A stretch of 64,000 bases of DNA from a bacterium (GTDB taxonomy: Bacteria > UBA8248). The DNA is taken from positions 896,001 to 960,000 of the forward strand of contig OZ241875.1 of the NCBI GenBank assembly GCA_965203325.1, in the 5' to 3' direction. A model generated the notes under the pieces. That model saw only the letters and a program-made list of their open reading frames with translations, was not told where the DNA came from and did not search any database. Of this stretch, positions 1-9,892 are shown in pieces; the first letter of the stretch is position 1; each line of letters begins with the position of its first letter. A program made the position numbers and the translations under genes.

Positions 1-2
1 CC

Positions 3-170
3 ATTTTCTTCCTCTTCCTGACCGCGCCCGTCGCCGCGCACCTGATCTCGCGGGCGGCGTATAAGCGCGGGCCCGACCTCTGCGACGAGACGACGCACGA
101 TGAATACGGAAAATACCTGGAGGGGCGAAAGGCGGAGGAAGAATCCCCGCAACGGTATGGAGACGCGTAG
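3..170 (+). CDS. mnhG: 3' end of monovalent cation/H+ antiporter subunit G (MrpG/MnhG), partial
   Basis: Frame 3 reads IFFLFLTAPVAAHLISRAAY...GDA* (TAG 168-170); FLTAPVAAH.ISRAAY is the typical MrpG C-terminal motif. 5' end lies outside the window. Confidence 0.8.
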   Translation: MFFLFLTAPVAAHLISRAAYKRGPDLCDETTHDEYGKYLEGRKAEEESPQRYGDA

Positions 171-226
171 CGAAACACCGCCGGGGCCGGTCGTCGGGAA
201 ACTAAACGCCGGACAAGCCTGCCTTG

Positions 227-479
227 GGGGTTGTTGAACAGACCCCTGCGCACCCCCTCGAATGAAGGCCGTAGGGGTCAGACATATATGTCTGACCCCG
301 TGGCCGCCCTTGTCATCGGCTCGAAAACCAACCCCCCCTACCCCCCCTTGTCAGGGGGGTAAAAAAAGGCGGCGCCCACCGCCGATAGAGGGGCTTTTGT
401 TTTTTCTTGCCCCCCTGACAAGGGGGGGTAGGGGGGGTTGCCTTTATCCCCTGAAAAGGGGCCCTTTTCAACATCCCCC
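227..479. mobile_element. MITE-like shell with IS1182-type ends containing a GTAG-REP (271-299) and a long G/C-tract hairpin (329-440)
   Basis: Ends ggggttgttgaaca / ttttcaacatcccc resemble the IS ends at 28276 and 29791; internal perfect palindrome ggggtcagacatatatgtctgacccc and arms caaccccccctacccccccttgtcagggg / cccctgacaagggggggtagggggggttg. Confidence 0.7.
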
Positions 480-606
480 CGGATGCGAATCCGGACCGAC
501 GCGATATGAAAGCGGAACACATCCCCGTCATTGCGCATTTGCGCCATCGCGCCTAAAATCATGCGCGTTCTTGCCGCCGGTACCCATTCATACAGAGGAA
601 TTACTC

Positions 607-1206
607 ATGAACAGATTCGCGAAGTATGCAGCAGCGCTCATCGCGGCGGCATGGCTGACAGCACCCGCCCTCGCCCAAGCCGCCGACTGGAGGATCGACC
701 CCACCCACACGACGGTCTCCTTCAAGGTACGCCACCTGGGCGTCACATGGGTGCAGGGGGAATTCCAGAGAGTGTCGGGAAAGGTCCGTTTTGACCGGAA
801 GAACCCCGGCGCCGCGGCTGCGGACATCGTCATCGACGCCGACTCGATCAACACGCGCAACGCGCGGCGCGACAACCATCTGCGGAACGACGACTTCCTG
901 CTCGTCGAGAAACACCCCACCATCACGTTCAAGTCCAAATCCGTGAAAAATGCGGGACCGGAGGGCCTTGAACTCGTCGGCGACCTGACCATCCGGGGCG
1001 TCACGAAAGAGGTGGTCCTCAAGGTGGCCGACATCAGCGGGGAGGTCACCACGGGGCGCGGGACCGTCAAGATGGGCGCGAGCGCCACCACGCGGATCAA
1101 CCGCAAGGATTTCGGGGTGAAGTACAACCGCCTGATCGAGACGGGCGGGCTCGTCGTGGGCAACGAGGTGCGCATCGCCATCGACGTGGAGTTGAACAAG
1201 TCATAG
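607..1206 (+). CDS. YceI family periplasmic lipid/polyisoprenoid-binding protein
   Basis: Start moved to ATG 607 (RBS gagga). Signal peptide, then WRIDPTHT..F.VRHLG, SINT.N..RDNHL, GDLTIRGVTK and INRKDFG motifs. Confidence 0.9.
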   Translation: MNRFAKYAAALIAAAWLTAPALAQAADWRIDPTHTTVSFKVRHLGVTWVQGEFQRVSGKVRFDRKNPGAAAADIVIDADSINTRNARRDNHLRNDDFLLVEKHPTITFKSKSVKNAGPEGLELVGDLTIRGVTKEVVLKVADISGEVTTGRGTVKMGASATTRINRKDFGVKYNRLIETGGLVVGNEVRIAIDVELNKS

Positions 1207-1414
1207 CGCGGGCAGGCTCCGCAGTGAAGGGATAAAAGTCTCAGGCGGAGCCCCCGAAAGCGCGCACTCATTCTGCGCCTGCGGCATAGGTTTCGCCGCT
1301 TGTTTTGGCGCTGTTTGTGGTATACTCGCGACTCCGAATTATGTCGGATTCACTGTGAAAACTGAAGACGCTTGACACACAAGCCCCCTTTGGGAAAACG
1401 AGGAGGATAATCCT

Positions 1415-2764
1415 ATGACCATGAAGAGAACGACTCTCTGGGCCATCGCGTTCGGCTTCGCGCTGGCCGTCCTGGCGGCGCCCCTCGGCGCGGTCGCGCT
1501 CGAGAAGAAACTCGTCATCGTGACGTCCTATCCGCCGGATACGACGACCACCGTCAAGAAGGCCTTCGAGAAGAAACACCCCGGCGTCAAGGTCGAGATG
1601 CTCAAGAAAAAGACCACCGCCGGCATCAAGTACTTACAAGAGACGGCTTCGAACAACCGCTCCGACATGTTCTGGGCATCCGCGCCCGACGCCTTCGAGG
1701 TCCTCAAGGGCGACAACCTCCTGCAGAAATACACGGTCAAGGTGAAGGGCATCCCCGAGAAGGTGGGCGCCTTCCCGATCAACGACCCCGAGGGCTACTA
1801 CAAGGGGTTCGCGGCGTCGGGCTACGGCATCATGTGGAACACCCGCTACTTGAAGGCCAAGAAGCTGCCGGAACCCAAGACCTGGGCCGATCTGGCGAAT
1901 CCCGTCTATCACGGCCACGTCGGCATGAGCGCGCCTTCGCGCTCGGGCACCACCCACCTGACCGTCGAGACGCTCCTGCAGGGCAAGGGCTGGGAGAAGG
2001 GCTGGGCGGAGTGGAAGGCCATCGCCGGCAACTTCAAGACCGTCACCGAGCGCAGCTTCGGCGTGCCCGACGGCGTCAACTCCGGCCAGTTCGGCCTCGG
2101 CATTGTGATCGACTTCTTTGGCCTCTCATCCGAGGCTTCGGGCTTCCCGGTGAAATTCATCTACCCGCCGGTGACGACGCTGGTGCCCGCGAACATCGCC
2201 ATCGTCAAGAACGCGCCGCATCCCAAGGCCGCGGCTGCGTTCATCGAGTTCCTGCTCACGCCCGCGGGACAGGAAGTGCTGCTCGACAAGAAAATCAGGC
2301 GGCTGCCCGTGAACCCGGCGACATACGCCAAAGCGCCCAAAGACTTCCCGAACCCGTTCAAGGACAAGTCCATCGGCGCCGCGGTCAAGTTCGACCTGCA
2401 GCTCTCCAAAAACCGCTACAACGTCATCAACTCGCTCTTCGACGTGATGGTCACCTACCGCTTGAGCGATCTGCGCGCGGCGACCAAGGCCATCCAGGCC
2501 GCAGAGGCGCAGATGGGCGGCAAGAAAAACATGGCGGCGAAGAAGCTGATCGACGAGGCCAAGGCGCTCGTCGCCAAGGTGCCGATCACCGCGGCCCAGG
2601 CGAGCAAGAAGGAATTCAACGCGATTTTCAAGAAGAAGCGCAAGAAGGCGACCACGAAGGTGACGGGACGCCAGGCGGAGATCGAACGCGAATGGGACGC
2701 GCAGGTCAAGGCCAACTACGCCAAGGCCAGGGCGCTGGCCGAGAAGGCGGCGTCCATGCTCTAG
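1415..2764 (+). CDS. ABC transporter substrate-binding protein (PgtC-like / Fe(III)-thiamine binding family)
   Basis: Signal peptide; GIMWN, W.DL..P.Y.G and SAPSRSGTTHL motifs; first gene of an SBP-permease-ATPase operon. Confidence 0.85.
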   Translation: MTMKRTTLWAIAFGFALAVLAAPLGAVALEKKLVIVTSYPPDTTTTVKKAFEKKHPGVKVEMLKKKTTAGIKYLQETASNNRSDMFWASAPDAFEVLKGDNLLQKYTVKVKGIPEKVGAFPINDPEGYYKGFAASGYGIMWNTRYLKAKKLPEPKTWADLANPVYHGHVGMSAPSRSGTTHLTVETLLQGKGWEKGWAEWKAIAGNFKTVTERSFGVPDGVNSGQFGLGIVIDFFGLSSEASGFPVKFIYPPVTTLVPANIAIVKNAPHPKAAAAFIEFLLTPAGQEVLLDKKIRRLPVNPATYAKAPKDFPNPFKDKSIGAAVKFDLQLSKNRYNVINSLFDVMVTYRLSDLRAATKAIQAAEAQMGGKKNMAAKKLIDEAKALVAKVPITAAQASKKEFNAIFKKKRKKATTKVTGRQAEIEREWDAQVKANYAKARALAEKAASML

Positions 2765-2794
2765 CCCTGAAGCCTGCGCGGAGAAGGGGAAAGA

Positions 2795-4510
2795 ATGTCT
2801 CTGGAAGCGATGGCGCGCGGCCAGTGGGGGCCGGCGGCGGTGGGCCTCATCGTCGGCCTGTTCCTGCTCGCCTTCCTGGTTGTGCCCGTCGTGAACGTGA
2901 TCTACGTCGCCTTCCAGGACCCGAATACGGGCGCGCTGACGCTTATCAACTTCGTCGACTTCTTCCGCAACAGCCTGTTCCAGGAATCCGCCATCAATTC
3001 GATCTACGTCGCCTTGATGGCGGTGGTGCTGGCGTCGATTTTTGCACTCCCGCTCTCCTATTTCACGACGCGCTTTAATTTCGGCGGGGCCATCCTCATC
3101 CAGACCCTGGGCGTGCTCCCGCTCATCATGCCGCCCTTCGTCGGCGCGGTGGCGATGCTCCTGCTGCTCGGCGAGAACGGCTCGGTGAACCTGCTGCTGG
3201 ATGAGTGGTTCGGCTTCACGATTCCCTTCATGGAAGGGCTGAACGGCGTCATCCTGGTGGAGAGCATCCACTATTTCCCGTTCATCCTCATGAACCTCTC
3301 GGCCTCGCTCAACAGCATCGACCGGTCGATGGAGGAATCCGCCCAGAACCTGGGCGCGAGCGGAGTTCGCCTGTTCCGGCGCATCGTGTTCCCGCTGGCG
3401 ATGCCCGGCTACGTCGCGGGCGCATCCCTGGTGTTCCTGAAAGTCTTTGACGACATCGGCACGCCGCTGCTGCTCAACATCAACAACATGCTGGCGCCCC
3501 AGGCCTACCTGCGAATCGCCTCCATCGGCATCTCGGACCCGATGGGCTACGTGATTTCGGTCATCCTCGTCATTTTCTCCCTGCTCGCGCTGTGGATCTC
3601 GTTCCTGGCGCTTCGGGGCAAGGACTACGCCACCGTCCAGAAAGGCGGCGGCGGGCTGATGAAGCGCGACCTGCGGCCCTGGGAGAAGGCGGGCTGCTAC
3701 GGGGTCGTCGTCTTCATCCTGCTTCTGGTGCTCTCACCGCACTTCGGCCTCGCCATCCTCTCGCTCGGCACGGTCTGGTCGTTCAGCGTGCTGCCCGACG
3801 CCTACACGTTCTCGCACTACATGCGCGTGGTCTCGGAATCATCCGAGTTCATCACGAACACGCTGCTCTACGCCGGCCTCGCCGCGGGCATCGACGTGGT
3901 GTTCGGCACGGCCATCGCCTACATCGTCCTGCGCACGAATCTGGCCGGCCGCAAATGGCTGGACTACGCCGCGATGGGGGCGGTGGCGATCCCCGGCGTC
4001 GTGCTCGGCATCGGCTATCTGCGCACCTTCTACGCGTTCAACGTGCCGATCATCGACAAGCCGCTGGCCTCGTGGTGGGTCATCATCGTCGTCGCCCTCG
4101 CCATCAGGCGCCTGCCCTACGCGCTGCGCGCCTGCGTCGCGGCGCTGCAGCAGTTGAGCGTCATGCTCGAAGAGGCCGCCGAGAACCTGGGGGCGACCAA
4201 GGGGCGCACCATCTACCGGGTCGTCGTGCCGCTCATGTCGGGCGGCATCGTCGCGGGTTTCGTCACCAGCTTCGCCACCGCGGCGGTCGAGCTTTCGACG
4301 ACCATCATGCTGGTCTCGCAGGAATCGGACGCGCCGCTCGCCTTTGGTATTTACGAGTTCATGCAGTCGGCGGCGGGACGCGGCCCGGGCGCCGCGCTCG
4401 GCATCATCGCCGTGCTCATCGTCGGAATCGCGACCTACGTCTCGCACCGCATCATCCAGCGCAAGGAAACGCAGCAAACGCCGGACATGGCCATCGTAGC
4501 GGGAGTGTGA
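2795..4510 (+). CDS. ABC transporter permease, FbpB type (two EAA loops)
   Basis: About 12 hydrophobic segments; two loops EESAQNLGA and EEAAENLGA. Confidence 0.9.
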   Translation: MSLEAMARGQWGPAAVGLIVGLFLLAFLVVPVVNVIYVAFQDPNTGALTLINFVDFFRNSLFQESAINSIYVALMAVVLASIFALPLSYFTTRFNFGGAILIQTLGVLPLIMPPFVGAVAMLLLLGENGSVNLLLDEWFGFTIPFMEGLNGVILVESIHYFPFILMNLSASLNSIDRSMEESAQNLGASGVRLFRRIVFPLAMPGYVAGASLVFLKVFDDIGTPLLLNINNMLAPQAYLRIASIGISDPMGYVISVILVIFSLLALWISFLALRGKDYATVQKGGGGLMKRDLRPWEKAGCYGVVVFILLLVLSPHFGLAILSLGTVWSFSVLPDAYTFSHYMRVVSESSEFITNTLLYAGLAAGIDVVFGTAIAYIVLRTNLAGRKWLDYAAMGAVAIPGVVLGIGYLRTFYAFNVPIIDKPLASWWVIIVVALAIRRLPYALRACVAALQQLSVMLEEAAENLGATKGRTIYRVVVPLMSGGIVAGFVTSFATAAVELSTTIMLVSQESDAPLAFGIYEFMQSAAGRGPGAALGIIAVLIVGIATYVSHRIIQRKETQQTPDMAIVAGV

Positions 4511-4513
4511 CCC

Positions 4514-5596
4514 ATGACATCAAATCACGCAGCCGGCGTCGTCATCGAGCAGCTGAGCCTCGCCTACGATACGACCGACGTACTGAGAGACGTGAACCTG
4601 CGCATCGAACCGGGCGAGTTGTTCACCTTCCTCGGTCCCTCGGGATCGGGCAAGTCGACCCTGCTGCGCGCGGTCGCGGGCTTCGGCCCGACGCCGCGCG
4701 GACGCATCCTCATCGGCGAGGACGACGTGACGAGGCTGCCCCCCTGGCGGCGCAACGTCGGCATGGTGTTTCAGTCCTACGCGCTCTGGCCGCACATGAC
4801 GGTGCGCAGAAACGTCGCTTTCGGTCTCGAGGAGCGCAGGACGCCCTCCGCCGAGATACCGAAGCGCGTCGACGCCGCACTGGACATGGTCGGTCTTCTG
4901 GAGCTTAGCGAAAGGCGACCGTCTCAGCTATCCGGCGGACAGCAGCAGCGCGTCGCCCTGGCCCGCACCATCGTCGTCGAACCCCGCGTGCTCCTGCTCG
5001 ACGAGCCGCTCTCGAACCTCGACGCCAACCTGCGCGTGCAGATGCGCCGCGAGATCCTGGATTTGCAGCGCGAACTCGCGCTCACCACCATCTTCGTCAC
5101 CCACGACCAGGAAGAGGCCAACACCATCTCGGACCGCATCGCCGTGCTCGACGAAGGCGTCCTCCAGCAGGTGGGAATGCCCATGGAGCTCTACGACGAG
5201 CCGGTGAACCGCTTCGTCGCCCACTTCCTGGGCACGGCGAACCTCATGGAAGGGCGCGTCGAGGCGGGGGCCGATGGGGCGCGCTTCGCCGCGTCGAACG
5301 GCATCGTCTTCCCGCTGGCGGGTGATTCCCACCCGGCGGGCGAGGAGCGGACCGCCGTGTTCCGGCCCCAGGACGTGGCCATCGCCGCATCCGGCGAAAC
5401 GGTGCCCGGAATCGTCCTGACCGGCCGGGTGCAGCACCGCGAGTTCCTCGGCAACCTGCTGCGCTACAGCGTCGCTATCGGCGATGACATCCTGCTGGTG
5501 GACGACACCCACCACCCCGGCCGCCGCGCCTTCGCCGTGGGTGATGAGGTCGCCGTGGGCCTCCGCGGCGAGCAGGTTCGCATCCTGGGACGTTGA
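4514..5596 (+). CDS. ABC transporter ATP-binding protein (PotA/FbpC-like)
   Basis: Walker A GPSGSGKS, signature LSGGQQQR, Walker B LLLDEP, VTHDQ, C-terminal TOBE-like region. Confidence 0.95.
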   Translation: MTSNHAAGVVIEQLSLAYDTTDVLRDVNLRIEPGELFTFLGPSGSGKSTLLRAVAGFGPTPRGRILIGEDDVTRLPPWRRNVGMVFQSYALWPHMTVRRNVAFGLEERRTPSAEIPKRVDAALDMVGLLELSERRPSQLSGGQQQRVALARTIVVEPRVLLLDEPLSNLDANLRVQMRREILDLQRELALTTIFVTHDQEEANTISDRIAVLDEGVLQQVGMPMELYDEPVNRFVAHFLGTANLMEGRVEAGADGARFAASNGIVFPLAGDSHPAGEERTAVFRPQDVAIAASGETVPGIVLTGRVQHREFLGNLLRYSVAIGDDILLVDDTHHPGRRAFAVGDEVAVGLRGEQVRILGR

Positions 5597-5821
5597 GAGG
5601 AGCGTTCTCCCGCAGGTCCTGACAAATCCAAACAGACAAAATTCAGTCTCCGCTAGAAGGGATTGTTGAAAAAGTCCCCCTGAGGAGGGAGGGAATCCCA
5701 ATCATCGAATTGTTCACCGCAAACCATCGCGCCCGCGGCGAACAAGACCTGCCCCGTCTGGCCAGGCGCGCCGCTCCAGACGCGCCTGGACGCCATCAGC
5801 CATATATGAGGAGGTGAACCG

Positions 5822-6481
5822 ATGGGCCGCAAACTCCTTGCCGAAGCAGTCGGAACCGCGTTTCTGCTCGCCGCCATCGCAGGCTCGGGCATCATGGGCG
5901 ACGCCCTCTCAAACGGGCAGGCGGGCGCCGCGCTCCTGCCGCACTCACTGGCGATAGGCGCGATCCTCTTCGTCATGATCACCCTGCTCGGGCCGGTCTC
6001 GGGCGCGCACTTCAACCCCGCGGTCACCATGGTCTTCGCCTTGAACGGGGATATGGAACAGCGCGAGGCCGCGCCCTACGTCGCCACGCAATTCCTCGCG
6101 GGCATCCTGGGCGTGCTCGCCGCGCACCTGATGTTCGACCTGGACATCGTCCAGGTATCGGCGAAACAGCGGGCGGGCATCGGCCAGTGGTCGGCGGAAG
6201 TAATCGCAACGGCGGGGCTGATATTCGTCATCATGGGCGGGCTGCGCACGAACGCGGCCCTCATCCCCGCGATGGTCGGGCTCTACATCATGGCGGCCCT
6301 ATGGTTCACGGCCTCGACCAGCTTCGCCAACCCGGCGGTCACCATCGCACGGGTCTATACCAACACGTTCTCGGGCATTCAGCCGTTCGACGCGCTGCCC
6401 TTCGTCATCGCCCAGTTCATAGGCGCGTTCTGCGGCTGGCGGCTGGCGTGTGCCGTCTGGCCCGGAGGGGATGACAACTGA
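5822..6481 (+). CDS. MIP/aquaporin family channel (AqpS-like)
   Basis: SGAHFNPAV and TSFANPAV NPA motifs; AE..GTAFLL...GSGIM N-terminus typical of AqpS-type channels. Confidence 0.85.
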   Translation: MGRKLLAEAVGTAFLLAAIAGSGIMGDALSNGQAGAALLPHSLAIGAILFVMITLLGPVSGAHFNPAVTMVFALNGDMEQREAAPYVATQFLAGILGVLAAHLMFDLDIVQVSAKQRAGIGQWSAEVIATAGLIFVIMGGLRTNAALIPAMVGLYIMAALWFTASTSFANPAVTIARVYTNTFSGIQPFDALPFVIAQFIGAFCGWRLACAVWPGGDDN

Positions 6482-6499
6482 TACGCGGGCGTGCCTTAC

Positions 6500-6797
6500 G
6501 GGGTTGTTGAAAACGCCCCTGAGAGGGTAATGGCAACCCCCTTGAAAGGGAAATTCCATAACGTCAACCCCCCCCTACCCCCCCTTGTCAGGGGTCAAAC
6601 GCGAGTGATGAACGAGCGTTTGCATAAACCATTGACGAGAAGCACATCGTCTTGCAAAACCTCCCTCTTCGGTCGGTTTTGACCCCTGACAAGGGGGGGT
6701 AGGGGGGGTTGCTTTCAAAGAGGGGATCGGGGATTCGCGCGAAAGCGGCCTTCCCGCTGAAGGTAATGTCTCCCGACGAGGGCTTCTCTACAGCCTC
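6500..6797. mobile_element. MITE-like shell with type-1 REPIN-like hairpin (6565-6711)
   Basis: Left end ggggttgttgaaaac, degenerate right end ttctctacagcc; G/C-tract inverted arms enclose an ~85-nt core also found at 7.9, 22.9 and 56.0 kb. Confidence 0.7.
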
Positions 6798-6916
6798 CCA
6801 AGCGCCCCCTCCCCTGAATCACACCTGAAAGTGCAAACAGGCTTGCCATTCCCGCGCCGATGGTGGATTCTCCCCCGAAATCTGAAACGGCCTCATCGAA
6901 TCTGGAGTCCATACGA

Positions 6917-7789
6917 ATGTCGGAACCGAATAGCGTTTTCATCGAAAGAGACGGCGTGCGGCTGCACGCCCTGGATCACGGGAGCGCGGGCGAGGACAAA
7001 CCCGTCCTCCTGATGCTGCACGGCGCGGCAGCCCATGCGCGCTGGTGGGATCACATCGCCCCCCATTACTCGGACTTGCTCCGGACCGTGGCGCCGGATC
7101 ACCGCGGCCACGGGGACACCGGATGGCAGGATGAATACATATTCGAGGACCTGCTGCGCGACGTGGCCGCCTGGGTGGAATGGGCCAAGGCGGAGAGCGG
7201 GCGAAAACCCTGGATGCTGGCCCACTCGATGGGCGGCGTCATCGCGCTGAACCTCTTCGCGCTCGAGCCGCCCGATATCGAAGGCTTGATCGTCGTGGAT
7301 TCCCCGCTTAAGACGACGGACGCGATCCTCGCCGAGGTGCGCGCCTTCGGGAACCGCCCCGCCAGACCCTGGGCGTCGAGAGAGCTTTTCGTCGAGAAAT
7401 TCAGGCTCCTGCCCGCATCGGACAAGGTGAACCCAGAGACCATCGCCCACATCGCGCGCCACGCCGTGCGGCAAAACGGCGACGGCACCTGGACGGTGAA
7501 GGCGGACAGGCGCTTTCACGCGGCCCGCCCCGAGACGGATCAGCGCGCCGGCTGGCAACGCGTCGAGACCCCCGCCCTGCTCGTGGCGGGGGAACTGTCG
7601 GATCGCCTCAAATCAGACTCTCTCGAATGGGTGCGCGAGAAAGTCCCCCACGTGGAGACCGCCGTCATCCCGGGCGCGCACCACCACGTCTTCATGGACG
7701 AACCCGACGAATTTATCCGCGTGACGCGCGCGTTTCTGGAGAGGAAGCTCGCCGCTGCGAGTGAGCAGGGCGCATCTCGGACGGTCTGA
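6917..7789 (+). CDS. alpha/beta fold hydrolase
   Basis: LHG oxyanion motif, DHRGHG, nucleophile elbow AHSMGG, C-terminal AHHHVF. Start chosen at MSEPN; ATG 6860 is an alternative. Confidence 0.9.
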   Translation: MSEPNSVFIERDGVRLHALDHGSAGEDKPVLLMLHGAAAHARWWDHIAPHYSDLLRTVAPDHRGHGDTGWQDEYIFEDLLRDVAAWVEWAKAESGRKPWMLAHSMGGVIALNLFALEPPDIEGLIVVDSPLKTTDAILAEVRAFGNRPARPWASRELFVEKFRLLPASDKVNPETIAHIARHAVRQNGDGTWTVKADRRFHAARPETDQRAGWQRVETPALLVAGELSDRLKSDSLEWVREKVPHVETAVIPGAHHHVFMDEPDEFIRVTRAFLERKLAAASEQGASRTV

Positions 7790-7814
7790 TGACTCCCTGA
7801 GATGCCCTTCTTGA

Positions 7815-8082
7815 GGGGTTTTTGAAAAACCCCTTACAAGGTAATGGCAACTCCCTTGAAAGGGAAATCCCATAAAGGCAACCCCCCTACCCCCCTTGTC
7901 AGGGGTCAAAACCGACCGAAGAGGGAGGTTTTGCAAGACGATGTGTTTCTCGTCAATGGTTCATGCAAACGCTCGCTCATCACTCGCGTTTGACCCCTGA
8001 CAAGGGGGGTAGGGGGGGTTGATTTTTCATTCGAGAGGGCTTCTCCTCTACCCCTGAAATGTGGTCTTTTCCAACAACCCCC
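7815..8082. mobile_element. MITE-like shell with type-1 REPIN-like hairpin (7879-8021, core inverted)
   Basis: Ends ggggtttttgaaaaac / ttttccaacaacccc; core is the reverse complement of that at 6597-6680; lies between convergent genes. Confidence 0.7.
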
Positions 8083-8096
8083 TGCGAAACGCCTCC

Positions 8097-9776
8097 CTAC
8101 TCCGTCACAGCCAAGGGCGCCATGGCTTCGATGTCGCTCACGCAGTCGATGACGACGGGCCTGTTCGCGCTGAAGGCCCGGTCGAGCGCGCTCTTGAGCT
8201 CACCCGGCTTCTCCACCCGGATGCCCAGCGCGCCCATGGATTCGGCGATCTCGGCGAAATTCACCTCGTTCAGCATCCAGAGCTCATAGGCCTGCTTGGT
8301 CTGCTCGCCGCCGTAGGCGCGGTCGAAGCCGCGCTTCGACTGGTTGCCCGAGGCGTTGTTGTTCACCAGCGTCACGGCGTTTATCTTCCAGCGCACGGCG
8401 GTCTCTATCTCCGAAAGATGGTACCAGAAGCCCGAATCGCCGTTGAAGGTGAGCACCGGCCGCTCGGGAACGGCGCACTTGGCCCCCAGGCCCGCCGAGA
8501 AGGCCCAACCCAAGTGGCCCGCGCTGCGCATGTAGCTCTGGTCGGGGTGCGAGAGGTCGTACATGCCGCCCATCCACATGCCCGAGTGGCCCGTATCGGC
8601 CAGCACGACGCAATCGGACGGCAGCGAGTCCGTCAACTCCTGGCAGATGCGCTCGGGGCGCATGGGCGCAGCGTCCGATTCGAGATACCCGGTGAACTCA
8701 TCGCGCCAGCCTTGCACGAAGCCCTGCGCGCGCTCCACCCAGCCCGCGCGCGAGGCGGCGGAATCCCCGCTCGCCGCGTCGATCATCTTCTGGAGGCTCA
8801 CTTTCGCGTCGCCCAGGACGGCGGCTTGAAGTGGGTAGTTCCGCGCAAGCGCTTCGGGTTCGATGTCGAGTTGAATCGCGGGCGTACCGATGGGCGGTAC
8901 GGCCCAGAAGTGGGTCGTCATGCCGCCCGTCTCGGTGCCGACGAAGAAAACGAGGTCGGCCGCGTTCACGACCCGGTTCGCGCTCTTTCTCGAATAGGTG
9001 CCCACCACGCCGACCGAGAGCGGGTGGTTGCCGGGGATGTTGTCCTTGCCGTTCAGAGAGGTCGCCACCGGGATGTTCAGCTTCTCGGCCAGGGCGATGA
9101 GTTCCTTCGAAGCGCTCGATGAGCGAACCCCGCCGCCCGAGACGATGACGGGCCGCTCCGCCTTCTCCAGCAGTTCGACCGCTTTTTTCACCCGCGCCAT
9201 TTCCGGTTCTGGCCGGTAGGGGGGAAGCTCCTTGAAGTCCTCTTCGATGATCACCTCCATCTCGGCCTCTTCGATGTCGAGCTGGCCCTCGTTGCCCGCG
9301 AACTGGAGGTGAACCGGCCCTGGACAGCCCGACATGGCGACGCGGAAGGCCTGGCGCAGCATGTCCGGGAAGCGCGAGGCGTCGTCCACCGTGGCGTTGA
9401 ACTTGGTCACGGGTTCAAAGGCGGGAACGTCGTCCACCTCCTGGTAGACCTTGCGGAACTTGGTCTCGGGTACGCGCCCGCCCGTGAAGGCGAGGACGGG
9501 GGCTTTCGCCAGATAGGCGTCTCTCAAGCCCGCCGCCAGGTTAAGCGCGCCGATGACCTGCGCCATGCAGACGCCCGGCTTCTTGCCCGCGCGGGCGTAG
9601 CCGTCCGCCATGTAGGCGGCGGATTTCTCGCCGTGCGTCTGGATGCGGGCGATGTTCGTGCGCTCTTCCATCTCGGCCATCGAGCGCCTGAGCACGGCGG
9701 GAACCAGAAAAGTGTGCGTAACGCCATAGCCCTTGAGCATCTCGGCCATGACCTGGGCGCCTGTCATTTTCGGCAT
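8097..9776 (-). CDS. thiamine pyrophosphate-dependent enzyme (acetolactate synthase large subunit-like)
   Basis: HGEKSAAYMADGYAR, GPVHL, ThDP motif GDSGF...NN. Confidence 0.9.
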   Translation of the reverse strand: MPKMTGAQVMAEMLKGYGVTHTFLVPAVLRRSMAEMEERTNIARIQTHGEKSAAYMADGYARAGKKPGVCMAQVIGALNLAAGLRDAYLAKAPVLAFTGGRVPETKFRKVYQEVDDVPAFEPVTKFNATVDDASRFPDMLRQAFRVAMSGCPGPVHLQFAGNEGQLDIEEAEMEVIIEEDFKELPPYRPEPEMARVKKAVELLEKAERPVIVSGGGVRSSSASKELIALAEKLNIPVATSLNGKDNIPGNHPLSVGVVGTYSRKSANRVVNAADLVFFVGTETGGMTTHFWAVPPIGTPAIQLDIEPEALARNYPLQAAVLGDAKVSLQKMIDAASGDSAASRAGWVERAQGFVQGWRDEFTGYLESDAAPMRPERICQELTDSLPSDCVVLADTGHSGMWMGGMYDLSHPDQSYMRSAGHLGWAFSAGLGAKCAVPERPVLTFNGDSGFWYHLSEIETAVRWKINAVTLVNNNASGNQSKRGFDRAYGGEQTKQAYELWMLNEVNFAEIAESMGALGIRVEKPGELKSALDRAFSANRPVVIDCVSDIEAMAPLAVTE

Positions 9777-9892
9777 TTGCAATTTCTCCTTGTCTTTACA
9801 CAAAATTTTCTTGGGACGATGAAATACGAAACCACCAGTTTCGGATTTTTCTGGGAATACCGGATAGAATTATCAGCTAAGGGCGAGAAAAG

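Noticed and set aside
262..606. N-terminal extension of the YceI ORF, and other short ORFs containing PPTPP/PPYPPL/RGGRGG (about 6.5, 35.3, 45.3, 58.5 kb)
   Set aside because: They are translations of the palindromic repeat modules, not proteins.
6491..6682. Recurrent peptide ...MNERLHKPLTRSTSSCKTSLFGRF encoded by the type-1 core
   Set aside because: No consistent start or RBS among the four copies; recurrence is explained by the DNA repeat. A mini-protein cannot be fully excluded without Ribo-seq.
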